64,000 nucleotides of DNA from Pseudomonadota bacterium (GTDB lineage: Bacteria > Pseudomonadota > Gammaproteobacteria > Steroidobacterales > Steroidobacteraceae): contig JBKPPO010000091.1 in NCBI GenBank assembly GCA_046733635.1, positions 10 through 64,009 of the forward strand, written 5' to 3'. The position numbers and the translations under genes are program-made. How positions within the stretch are numbered: the stretch's first letter is position 1; each line of letters starts with the position of its first letter. Positions 1 through 8,231 of this stretch are shown here, in pieces. The notes beneath the pieces were generated by a model. It did not search any database. It saw only the letters and a program-made list of their open reading frames with translations, and was not told the origin of the DNA.

Positions 1-2
1 CG

Positions 3-305
3 GTGTTCGCGGTCCCGAGGCTGCTCAAGCGCCAGGGTCTCAAAATGGATCAGATCGACCTCTGGGAGCTCAACGAAGCCTTCGCGGTGCAGGTGTTGTA
101 CTGCCGTGACCGGCTGGGCATTCCGGACGACAGGCTCAACGTCAACGGCGGCGCAATCGCGGTCGGACACCCGTACGGCATGTCGGGCGCCCGGCTCGTG
201 GGCCATGCGCTCATCGAAGGCCGCCGGCGCGGCGCCAGGCTCGTCGTGGTCACCATGTGCATCGGCGGCGGCATGGGCGCCGCAGGATTGTTCGAAATCA
301 TCTGA
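3..305 (+). CDS. thiolase (acetyl-CoA C-acyltransferase), C-terminal fragment; 5' end lies outside the window
   Basis: ORF is open to the window edge. C-terminal thiolase signatures [17 protein letters not shown] and TMCIGGGMG are present. Confidence 0.9.
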   Translation: MFAVPRLLKRQGLKMDQIDLWELNEAFAVQVLYCRDRLGIPDDRLNVNGGAIAVGHPYGMSGARLVGHALIEGRRRGARLVVVTMCIGGGMGAAGLFEII

Positions 306-329
306 TCCCACGCGGTCGAGGAAGGCCGG

Positions 330-1037
330 ATGCTGAAGAACATCGTCGCCATCGTCATCGCCGTGGCCATCGGCGCCATCGGCTATTCGTTCTGGGCGAA
401 CAAGGACGCTGAAGAGAGCCCCATCAACGTGATGGTCACGCAGATGCGCACGCGGGCGATCATCGACCACGAGCGCACGGTGACCGTCTGGTACCGCGCC
501 TGCCCGGAAGTGAAAGGCATCAATCCGCAGGTCATGGTCATCTGGCCCGCCAAGCTCAATTACGAGATCGATCTCGCCGAGACGAAGATTTCATTGAGCC
601 CGGAGGGTGTGTTGCGCGCCGAGACCCCGCCCATCCGCATGGACGATCCCTCGGTGCCTTCCGATGTGGGCGAGTACCTCGCACAGACCTCGTTCTGGAC
701 GCTCGAGAGCGAGCAGGGCATCGTGCAGCGGGAGATGCAGAAGGCCACGCCGCTCGCGCGGTATCTCACCGCCTATTTTCTGCGCAATGACATCGGATTG
801 AGCCAGTACTTCAAGGAAGAACTGGAGGTCTATCTCCGGGGGATCGCCGGAGCGCTGGGCGTGAACGTCACACGGGTGGATGTCGTGATCCCCGAACAGG
901 AGGTGATCATTCCGCCGCGGCCGGAACTCACGCTCTGCGAAGGGTCGGTAGCCCTCGCCAATGGCATGGCCTTCGTCCGGCGACAGGCGGACGGTTCGTT
1001 GATCGGTATCTACACCAAAAAGGCAGTCTCTCCGTAA
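330..1037 (+). CDS. membrane-anchored hypothetical protein (DUF4230-like)
   Basis: N-terminal TM helix IVAIVIAVAIGAIGYSFW. The remainder resembles the DUF4230 pattern (AKLNYEIDLAETKISL...). High GC3 frame. Confidence 0.55.
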   Translation: MLKNIVAIVIAVAIGAIGYSFWANKDAEESPINVMVTQMRTRAIIDHERTVTVWYRACPEVKGINPQVMVIWPAKLNYEIDLAETKISLSPEGVLRAETPPIRMDDPSVPSDVGEYLAQTSFWTLESEQGIVQREMQKATPLARYLTAYFLRNDIGLSQYFKEELEVYLRGIAGALGVNVTRVDVVIPEQEVIIPPRPELTLCEGSVALANGMAFVRRQADGSLIGIYTKKAVSP

Positions 1038-1061
1038 ACCCAAATCGGGGGAGCCGCGGCT

Positions 1062-2153
1062 ATGATCGGCGCCGACCCCAACGTTTCAACGGAGATCCGT
1101 ATGGAAGCTGTCGATGTGCGCGGCCGGTTCATGTGGCATCAGTTGCTGACTCGCGACGTTACCGGCGCGAAATCCTTCTACACCTCGCTCGTGGGCTGGA
1201 AGGCGCAACCCTGGCCGATGGACGCGAGTTACACCGTTTGCCACGCCGCCGACGCGCCGGCCGCGGGCATCATGGAATTCACGCCGGATATGCCGGCGGA
1301 GGCGCCGCCACACTGGCTTCCCTACATCGGCACTCGCGATGTCGATAGTGTCGCCGCGGCAGCCGTGCGTGCCGGTGGGTCCATCCTCAAGGAACCCGGC
1401 GATCTCAAGGGCGCGGGACGATATGCCGTCCTCAGGGATCCGCAGGGCGCCACGTTCGCCATCATCGATCCGGAGAATGCGCGTCCCGAACCGGACGGCA
1501 TGGCGCCACTCGGCCACTTCTCCTGGCACGAGCTCGCCACGACGGACAGCGAAGCCGCTTTCAACTTCTACAGCGAGCTCTTCGGCTGGGATGCGATCAC
1601 GCGCATGGACATGGGCGAGAACGTGGGCATCTATCTGATCTTCGGCAAGAACGGCCAACAGCGCGGTGGCATCTACATCAAGTCCGCCGAGATGCCGGGG
1701 CCCGCTCACTGGCTGTCGTACGCGATGGTGCCGGACGTCGACGAATCCGTGGCGGTGGTGGAAGCCGGCGGCGGACAAATCATCCAGCCACCCATGGAAG
1801 TCCCGGGTGGCAGCCGCATCGCCATCCTCCTGGATCCCGCCGGAGCCGCGTTCGCGGTGAATTCCCTGCCGGCGGTGAAGCCGAAGGCTGCGCCGCAGAC
1901 CCAGGCACAAACCAAAGCCAAGTCCAAGGCGAGCGGCAAGCCGAAGTCCAAGTCCAAGACCAAGACCCCGATGAAGGCCAAGGCGAAAGCCAAAGCCCGG
2001 GCGAAACCCAAGGCAACACCCAAGGTCAAAGCCAGGGTCAAGACGAAAGCGAAGAAGAAGGCCACGGTCTCGCTCAAGGCGAAGGCCAAAAAGCAGGCCC
2101 GCAACAAACCCAATGCCAGGAAGACGAAGACGGTTGTGAGGAGGAAGAAATGA
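1062..2153 (+). CDS. tandem VOC/glyoxalase-fold protein with a C-terminal Lys/Ala/Pro-rich (histone H1-like) tail
   Basis: SD GGGGGAG lies about 9 nt upstream of ATG 1062. Two copies of a VOC-like module (F.WH.L.T.D...FY..L.GW ... LRDPQGATFAI / LLDPAGAAFAV). The last ~90 aa are KAKAK/KPK repeats. Confidence 0.8.
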   Translation: MIGADPNVSTEIRMEAVDVRGRFMWHQLLTRDVTGAKSFYTSLVGWKAQPWPMDASYTVCHAADAPAAGIMEFTPDMPAEAPPHWLPYIGTRDVDSVAAAAVRAGGSILKEPGDLKGAGRYAVLRDPQGATFAIIDPENARPEPDGMAPLGHFSWHELATTDSEAAFNFYSELFGWDAITRMDMGENVGIYLIFGKNGQQRGGIYIKSAEMPGPAHWLSYAMVPDVDESVAVVEAGGGQIIQPPMEVPGGSRIAILLDPAGAAFAVNSLPAVKPKAAPQTQAQTKAKSKASGKPKSKSKTKTPMKAKAKAKARAKPKATPKVKARVKTKAKKKATVSLKAKAKKQARNKPNARKTKTVVRRKK

Positions 2154-3115
2154 AAGGACGACGTGAGGTCATCAAGGCGGGACTGGCGATAGCTGCAGCC
2201 GCGCAGATGACTGCTTCCTGGGCAGCGGAAAAGAAGGACAAGGATCGGCCGAAGCCGGCGCCGTCGGCGCCGCTGATCACCAAGCCGGTTCCGTCGACGG
2301 GTGAACGCCTGGCGGTGGTGGGCCTCGGCACCAACAACTACAGCCCCACGACGCCGGAGGAGCGTTCGGCGAGGCGCGAAGTGGTGGCCGCGCTCACGGC
2401 CTCGGGCGCGCAGGTCATCGATACGGCCCCGGCTTATCGCCAGTCGGAAGAGGTGCTCGGTGAGCTGCTCGCTGACATCGGCAATCGCAAGCAGGCCTTC
2501 GTCGCGACCAAGGTGACGGCGCCGGATGGCAATCTGCAGCGCGGCATCGAGATGATCGAAGAGTCGCGACGCCGGCTGAAGACCGACGTGCTCGATCTGC
2601 TGCAGATCCACAGTCTCGATGGCGTGAACGTGTTGTTCCCGCACATGAATCAGCTCAAGAGCAAAGGTGTGGTGCGCTACATCGGTATCACGACCTCGAA
2701 CGCCAGCCAGCATGCGCGCATGGTGGAGCTCATCAACTCCGAGCCGCTCGACTTCGTGCAGGTGGACTATTCGATCGCGAACCGGGCCGCCGCGGAGTCC
2801 GTGCTGCCGGCTGCGCTCGCGAAGCGCGTGGGTGTGCTCGTGAATCTGCCGTTCGGCGGACGGCGCGATGGCAACCTGTTCGGGCGTGTCACCGGCAAGG
2901 AGCTTCCTGAGTGGGCCACGGAGATCGGCATCCGCAGCTGGGGACAGTTCCTGCTCAAGTACGTCGTTTCGCATCCGGCCGTCACGGTCGCGATTCCGGG
3001 CATGACCAGGATCTCGCATCTCGAGGACAACCTCGAAGCGGGACGTGGGCGTCTGCCCGACGCGGCGCTGCGTGCTCGCATGGAGAAGTACTGGGACCAG
3101 AACTTCGAAAGCTGA
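2150..3115 (+). CDS. aldo/keto reductase with twin-arginine-type signal peptide
   Basis: N-terminus MKGRREVIKAGLAIAAAAQMTASWA-AE has RR, an h-region and AxA. The AKR body follows (GLGTNNY, IDTAPAYRQSEEVLGE, VRYIGITTSN). ATGA overlap with the upstream VOC gene. Confidence 0.85.
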   Translation: MKGRREVIKAGLAIAAAAQMTASWAAEKKDKDRPKPAPSAPLITKPVPSTGERLAVVGLGTNNYSPTTPEERSARREVVAALTASGAQVIDTAPAYRQSEEVLGELLADIGNRKQAFVATKVTAPDGNLQRGIEMIEESRRRLKTDVLDLLQIHSLDGVNVLFPHMNQLKSKGVVRYIGITTSNASQHARMVELINSEPLDFVQVDYSIANRAAAESVLPAALAKRVGVLVNLPFGGRRDGNLFGRVTGKELPEWATEIGIRSWGQFLLKYVVSHPAVTVAIPGMTRISHLEDNLEAGRGRLPDAALRARMEKYWDQNFES

Positions 3116-3127
3116 TACCGCGCCAAC

Positions 3128-3169
3128 GAAAACGCCCGCGAGCTTCCAGGCCCGCGGGCGTTTTTTTTT
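3128..3169. terminator. bidirectional intrinsic terminator between convergent AKR and ThuA genes
   Basis: ACGCCCGCG (3132-3140) pairs with CGCGGGCGT (3153-3161). A-run upstream, T9 run downstream. Confidence 0.8.
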
Positions 3170-3181
3170 CGTTCTGCGAGA

Positions 3182-3940
3182 TTACTTCCCGACGGCGTAC
3201 TTCAGGCCACCCGAGATGAGGTCGATCATGTATGGCTCCTGGTACGACTCGATGGTGTGGCCCAGGCCGTTGTAGAACACGCGGCCGCCGCCGAACTCCT
3301 GGTTCCACACGAGCGGATTCGGATTCACGTCGGCTTGGCCATCGCCGATCGTCGCGGGATCCACGGTGATGAGCACGTTCACCAGGGGATTGAAGTCCTT
3401 GTAGTAGTACCACTCGTCGTTGCGCGTGACGGTCTTGGGTAGTTTGACCGTGGCCGGATGCTTGCCGTCGATCACGGTCTGCGTGGCCTTGGGCGTGCCC
3501 TTGGGGTGGCGCTCGAAGTAGCCGCCCATGAGCTGGCCATACCACGGCCAGTGGTAATGGGAGTCGGCGGCGGCATGCAGGCCGACGACGCCTTTCCCGG
3601 CCTTCATGAAGCCCACGAGCGCATCGCGCCGTGCGCCCGTGAACCACTCGGACTCGGGCTTCTTCGGATCCGTCGTCGTACTGACGAACACGATGGCCTT
3701 GTAGGCAGCCAGTTTGTCGGCGGTGAAGACCTCCGGGTCTTCGGTGGCGTCGAACCGATAGCCGAGCTTCGTCGCGATGGATTTGACGGCTTCCACGCCG
3801 GCGGGAATGGAGTCGTGGCGAAAGCCGGTGCTACCCGAGTAGATCAACACCCGGGCGGGATCGGCGGCCGAGGCAGGCAGGGCGATCGACGCGCCCGCTA
3901 CCAGCGACAACACTGCCATCAACGATCGTCTTGCGGTCAT
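3182..3940 (-). CDS. ThuA-domain (trehalose-utilisation-like) protein, secreted
   Basis: Signal peptide MTARRSLMAVLSLVAGASIALPASA. ThuA-like motifs VLIYSGSTGFRHDSI and GLHAAAD. Confidence 0.8.
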   Translation of the reverse strand: MTARRSLMAVLSLVAGASIALPASAADPARVLIYSGSTGFRHDSIPAGVEAVKSIATKLGYRFDATEDPEVFTADKLAAYKAIVFVSTTTDPKKPESEWFTGARRDALVGFMKAGKGVVGLHAAADSHYHWPWYGQLMGGYFERHPKGTPKATQTVIDGKHPATVKLPKTVTRNDEWYYYKDFNPLVNVLITVDPATIGDGQADVNPNPLVWNQEFGGGRVFYNGLGHTIESYQEPYMIDLISGGLKYAVGK

Positions 3941-3949
3941 GGAATCTCC

Positions 3950-4990
3950 TCACCTGGTGGGCAGCGGCGTGCCGCTCGTCTTCGTACGCAGACGCAGCAC
4001 GCGCTGATTCGCCGTTACGAACAACGTGGATCCGTCTTCGCCGAAAGCTACGTTTGCCGTTGGTACACCCGTGAGGATGCGGCCCAGCAGCTTGCCGTCC
4101 GGCGAGAACACCAGCACACCACCGGGGCCCGTGGCGAACACGTTGCCGTTGACGTCCACCTTCATGCCGTCCGGCACGCCATCACCCTGCTTGTGGAGCG
4201 GGGTGGCGTCGTAGAACACGCGGCTCGCGCCGAGCGTGCCATCGGCATTCACGGGAAACGCTTTCCAGAACGCGGCGCCGGACTGTGAGTTGGCGACATA
4301 CAGAGTCTTGTAGTCAGGCGAGAAGGCGAGACCGTTCGGCGCCTCGAGCTCGCGAGTGGCGAGCGTGATGGCGCCGTCCCTGGCCACGCGATACACGCCC
4401 TGGAAATCCAGTTCCTTGGTCGCATCCTTGAACGTGCCGGGCAGTCCATAAGGCGGGTCCGTGAACCAGAGATTGCCCTGCGTATCGAACACGAGGTCAT
4501 TCGGGCTGTTGAGCTTCTTGCCGTTGTAGCCCACGGCCAGCGGTTTCGTGGTGCCGTCGGCTTCACGTACCGAGACGCGGCGATCGCCGTGCTGGCACAA
4601 GGTGAGTCGCCCCTGCGGATCGAAGGTGAGGCCGTTGGAACCCGGCTCCCTGCCCGTGAACGGCGCCGCGCCCGTGTAGCCACTGCGCTCCAGGAACACC
4701 GACACTCCCTTCTCGGAGTGCCATTGCATCACTCGATTGCGCGGGATGTCGGAGAAGAGCAGGACCTTGGCACGCGGATCCCAGAGAGGACCCTCGGACC
4801 ACATCAGGTCGTCTGCGATTTTCTCGATCCTGGTATCCGCCGGAACGAGCGCGTCGAAACGCGGATCGCGCGATTCCAATGTGGCGTACACCGGAGAAGA
4901 AGTCGTGTCCGCGGCATGGCTGTTCATCGCAATCAACCCCCCGAGCAAACCCGCCGCGAGACGCGCCAGCGGGCGTTTCCTGTCGTCCAT
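3950..4990 (-). CDS. SMP-30/gluconolactonase/LRE-family lactonase, secreted
   Basis: Six-bladed propeller-type sequence (SEGPLWDP, NGLTFDPQGRL, PNDLVFDTQGNLWFTDP, DGMKVD). Start placed at the internal ATG 4990 (MDDRKRPLARLAAGLL... signal) rather than ORF start 5110. Confidence 0.85.
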   Translation of the reverse strand: MDDRKRPLARLAAGLLGGLIAMNSHAADTTSSPVYATLESRDPRFDALVPADTRIEKIADDLMWSEGPLWDPRAKVLLFSDIPRNRVMQWHSEKGVSVFLERSGYTGAAPFTGREPGSNGLTFDPQGRLTLCQHGDRRVSVREADGTTKPLAVGYNGKKLNSPNDLVFDTQGNLWFTDPPYGLPGTFKDATKELDFQGVYRVARDGAITLATRELEAPNGLAFSPDYKTLYVANSQSGAAFWKAFPVNADGTLGASRVFYDATPLHKQGDGVPDGMKVDVNGNVFATGPGGVLVFSPDGKLLGRILTGVPTANVAFGEDGSTLFVTANQRVLRLRTKTSGTPLPTR

Positions 4991-5070
4991 GTCACCCCCT
5001 CGTGATTGGCGGCGAGGATGCGTGAGCCTCACGCGCGAGGCAACCGGCGGCTGGTAGCGGTAGCGATGCT

Positions 5071-5118
5071 TGACACCGGTGGCATAGTTAGGAGACGCTG
5101 AAAATGACACCGGTGACA
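5071..5118. promoter_or_regulatory. two copies of a 14-bp near-palindrome TGACACCGGTG(G/A)CA (candidate operator pair)
   Basis: Copies at 5071-5084 and 5105-5118, 13/14 identical, 34 bp start-to-start. Core CACCGGTG is a perfect palindrome with central CG. They lie in the divergent lactonase/TonB-receptor promoter region. Confidence 0.45.
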
Positions 5119-5270
5119 GTGCGGGAATTTCCGCACTCGAGGCCAGTGGAGGGGTGACGGAGACACGCCGCGTCCGCGGCGAAAAATCGTTGCAGGAACA
5201 GCATGGACGCGAGATTTCGGGGCAGGACCATGCCTCCTCCCCAGTCGCGTCCCCAATTCAGGGAAACGAC

Positions 5271-8102
5271 ATGAAAACCAAGATTCAGTACCTGGGCCTC
5301 GCGGCCCTGTCCTGGAGTTTTGCGGCCACGGCCCAGCAACCCAGTGCGCAAGTGAATTCCGACGGCGCACCGCTCGAGGAGGTGGTGGTCACCGGCTTCC
5401 GCGGCAGTCTCGCCGATGCGCTCGAGGAGAAGCGCGCCGCGACGGGCGTCGTGGACGTCATCAAGGCCGAGGACCTCGCCAAGTTTCCCGACGCCAACCT
5501 CGCCGAGTCCTTGCAGCGCGTTCCGGGAGTGGCGGTGGCTCGCGACGGCGGTGAAGGCCGAAGCATCTCGGTGCGCGGCCTCGGGCCCGACTACACGCGC
5601 GTGCGTCTCAATGGTCTGGAGGCGCAGACCACGTCGAACGGCTTCGAGGGCATCAACCGGACGCGCGGCTTCGACTTCAACGTGTTCGCGTCCGAGCTGT
5701 TCAGCAGTCTGACCGTGCGCAAGTCCCCGTCCGCCGAAACGGAGGAGGGCTCGCTGGGCGCCACCGTGGACCTGCAGACCGGCCGTCCCTTCGACAAGGT
5801 GGGCACGCAGTTCGCGATCTCGACCAAGGCCAGCTACAACGATCTCAGCGAGAACACGGATCCGCGCCTCGCGATGCTGGCCAGCAAGACGTTCGCGGAC
5901 GACACGTTCGGCGTGCTGGTATCCGCCGCGTATTCCAGGAGCGAGAAGATCAGCCAGGCCAGCCACAACCTGAACTGGGATCGCATGACCGACAACGGCG
6001 GCTGGTGCAATCCCGCCAACGCCATGGGCGCCTGCTTCGGCGCTGACATGCCCATCGGCATCACGCCCGCGCAGCTCACCTCCAGCTCCATCTACCACCC
6101 GCGCATTCCCCGCATGGCGCAGTTCGGTGTGGACAACGAGCGCCTGGGGCTCACGGGCGCACTGCAATGGCGGCCTGCGGATTCCACGCTTCTCTCGCTG
6201 GACCTGCTGTACGCCAAACATGAAGGCCTGCGAACCGAGTACCTGCTCACACCCATCGGGCTGTTCCGCTCGCAGTCGCAGCAGGGCAAGCCGCAGACCA
6301 TCGTTCGCGAAGCGGAGATCCGCGGCAACGACATGGTCTACGCGCGGCTCGACAACGTGGATCTGCGCGCGGAACTCTCGGTGTTCGATTTCTCGACGAC
6401 GTTCAAGCAGGCGGGCTTCACGCTGGACCACGAGTTCAACGACCGCTGGAAGGCGACGGTGAAGCTCGGCGCTTCCGATTCGGACTTCGTGGAGCCGCGT
6501 GAGACCACGCTGCAAGTGGATCGCCTGAACACCCAGGGCTTCATCTACGATTTCCGGGAGAGCGAGACGCGGCCGCGCATCGTCTGGGGTTTCGACACCA
6601 CGGACCCGGCGAGTTATTACTTCGGTCCGGCGGTCACCAGCGCCTTCGGCGGCGTGACGGGTCCCGAGATCCGCCTGCGTCCCCAGGCTGTGTACAACAC
6701 GTTCCGCCAGGGTTCGTTCGATCTGCAATTCGCAGTCACCGATGCCTGGAAGCTCAAGGGCGGTCTGAATATGCGCAAGTACGGCTTCGAATCCGATGCG
6801 CAGCGGCGAACCAGCGAGATCACCTTGCCTGCCGCGCCGGCCGGTGGCGTGGCTGCTCTCGTGAGACCCTTCTCGGGCTTCGAAGGCTTCGGCCTGCCGG
6901 CCGAGACCGCGACCTCCTGGGTCGTGCCCAGCGAACGCGCGTTCATCGATCAGTTCGACATCTACGGCAATCAGGGCATCTTCACGCTGCGCCGTGACGT
7001 GCCCGCCGCTCGCAGCGCCATCTACTCGGTGGACGAGAAGGACTACGCGGCCTATCTGCAGGCGGACTTCGAGGTGGAGTGGTTCGGCAGGGCGGTTCGC
7101 GGCGACCTGGGTGTTCGTTACGTCCGCACGGAGCAGGAAGCGGTGGGCTTCGCGGAAGCGGGCGCGAACAGCGAGCGGCTTCGTCCCTCCCGCAGCTACG
7201 ACAACGTGCTGCCGTCGTTCAATCTCTCCATGGACCTGAGCGATGACTGGGTGTTGCGTGCGGCGGCGTCGCGAGTGATCACGCGTCCTCCGCTCGCGTC
7301 GCTGACGCCCGGCGTCGCGGCCAACGTGTCCGGCGGCACGCGCACGGTGACGCAAGGCAATCCGCTGCTCGATCCCATCGAGGCCGACGCGTTCGATCTC
7401 AGCGCCGAGTGGTACTTCGCGCCCGAATCGCTGGTTTCCGTGGGTGTGTTCTACAAGGACGTGAAGACCTACATCCAGACGCTGCGGGACTACGTGCAGT
7501 TCAATACGCTGGGCATTCCGGATTCGGTGGCCATCCAGCAGGGTGTGAGCCCGACGGATTTCTTCTACTACTCGCGTCCGGTCAACAGCGATGGCGGTCC
7601 GCTCACCGGCGTCGAATTCAATCTGCAGATGCCGTTCACGTTCCTGCCGGGATTCTTCAAGGACTTCGGCCTGCTCGCGAACTACACGCACGTGGACTCG
7701 GAGATCGAGTACATCATCGTTCAGGGCAATCCGGCGGCGACGCCGCCGGTCGCGCCGGTGACCGCGGAGCTGCCGTTGCTGAACCTGTCCAAGGAAACGG
7801 CGAACGCCACGCTGTACTACGGGAAGGCGGGATTCGAAGCGCGCGTGTCCGCGTCCTACCGCGACGACTACGTACGCATCGTGCCGGGCCTCAACGGCCA
7901 GAACGCGGATGGCATGCATGGCGGCGTGTACATCGACGCGTCGATGAGCTACCGGCTGAACGACAACCTGCAGTTCTCGTTCGAGGGTCAGAACCTCGGC
8001 GATACCTACGAACACACGTTCAATGACACGGTGGAACAGCGCAACGAGTACTTCCGCAACTTCGGGCGGCAGTACACGTTCGGTGTGCGTTACAGCTATT
8101 GA
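5271..8102 (+). CDS. TonB-dependent outer-membrane receptor
   Basis: Signal MKTKIQYLGLAALSWSFAATAQQ. Plug motifs (EEVVVTGFRGS, SVRGLG), a long barrel and a terminal ...FGVRYSY. Start moved to ATG 5271. Confidence 0.93.
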   Translation: MKTKIQYLGLAALSWSFAATAQQPSAQVNSDGAPLEEVVVTGFRGSLADALEEKRAATGVVDVIKAEDLAKFPDANLAESLQRVPGVAVARDGGEGRSISVRGLGPDYTRVRLNGLEAQTTSNGFEGINRTRGFDFNVFASELFSSLTVRKSPSAETEEGSLGATVDLQTGRPFDKVGTQFAISTKASYNDLSENTDPRLAMLASKTFADDTFGVLVSAAYSRSEKISQASHNLNWDRMTDNGGWCNPANAMGACFGADMPIGITPAQLTSSSIYHPRIPRMAQFGVDNERLGLTGALQWRPADSTLLSLDLLYAKHEGLRTEYLLTPIGLFRSQSQQGKPQTIVREAEIRGNDMVYARLDNVDLRAELSVFDFSTTFKQAGFTLDHEFNDRWKATVKLGASDSDFVEPRETTLQVDRLNTQGFIYDFRESETRPRIVWGFDTTDPASYYFGPAVTSAFGGVTGPEIRLRPQAVYNTFRQGSFDLQFAVTDAWKLKGGLNMRKYGFESDAQRRTSEITLPAAPAGGVAALVRPFSGFEGFGLPAETATSWVVPSERAFIDQFDIYGNQGIFTLRRDVPAARSAIYSVDEKDYAAYLQADFEVEWFGRAVRGDLGVRYVRTEQEAVGFAEAGANSERLRPSRSYDNVLPSFNLSMDLSDDWVLRAAASRVITRPPLASLTPGVAANVSGGTRTVTQGNPLLDPIEADAFDLSAEWYFAPESLVSVGVFYKDVKTYIQTLRDYVQFNTLGIPDSVAIQQGVSPTDFFYYSRPVNSDGGPLTGVEFNLQMPFTFLPGFFKDFGLLANYTHVDSEIEYIIVQGNPAATPPVAPVTAELPLLNLSKETANATLYYGKAGFEARVSASYRDDYVRIVPGLNGQNADGMHGGVYIDASMSYRLNDNLQFSFEGQNLGDTYEHTFNDTVEQRNEYFRNFGRQYTFGVRYSY

Positions 8103-8120
8103 GCTATCTCTCGTCACTCC

Positions 8121-8152
8121 GCGGCGGCGCCACGGGGCGCCGCCGCTTTCTC
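8121..8152 (+). terminator. GC-rich hairpin after the receptor gene
   Basis: GCGGCGGCGCC (8121-8131), loop ACGG, GGCGCCGCCGC (8136-8146), then TTTCTCC (weak T tract). Confidence 0.55.
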
Positions 8153-8231
8153 CACGGTTATCGTTCGATCAGCTTTTCGTGAAACCGCGCGGCGCGCGCC
8201 GTGTTAGAACGTGGCGCAAACGGGGGATCCG

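Noticed and set aside
5070-5075. Perfect TTGACA hexamer upstream of the TonB-dependent receptor gene.
   Set aside because: No acceptable -10 hexamer lies 16-18 bp downstream (AGACGC/GAGACG). The hexamer is part of the first TGACACCGGTG box and is better explained as operator sequence.
5088-8117. 1009-aa ORF antisense to the TonB-dependent receptor gene. Similar long antisense ORFs occur elsewhere, e.g. 1706-3019, 8238-9467, 11527-12765, 13331-14755, 17304-18830, 19291-20451, 22867-24522, 33740-35041, 39234-40952, 45175-46359, 53341-54585, 55054-56106 and 62142-63368.
   Set aside because: These are typical shadow ORFs of a high-GC genome. Their translations are Arg/Ala/Gly/His-rich with no recognisable motifs, while the opposite strand in each case encodes a full-length protein with clear family signatures.
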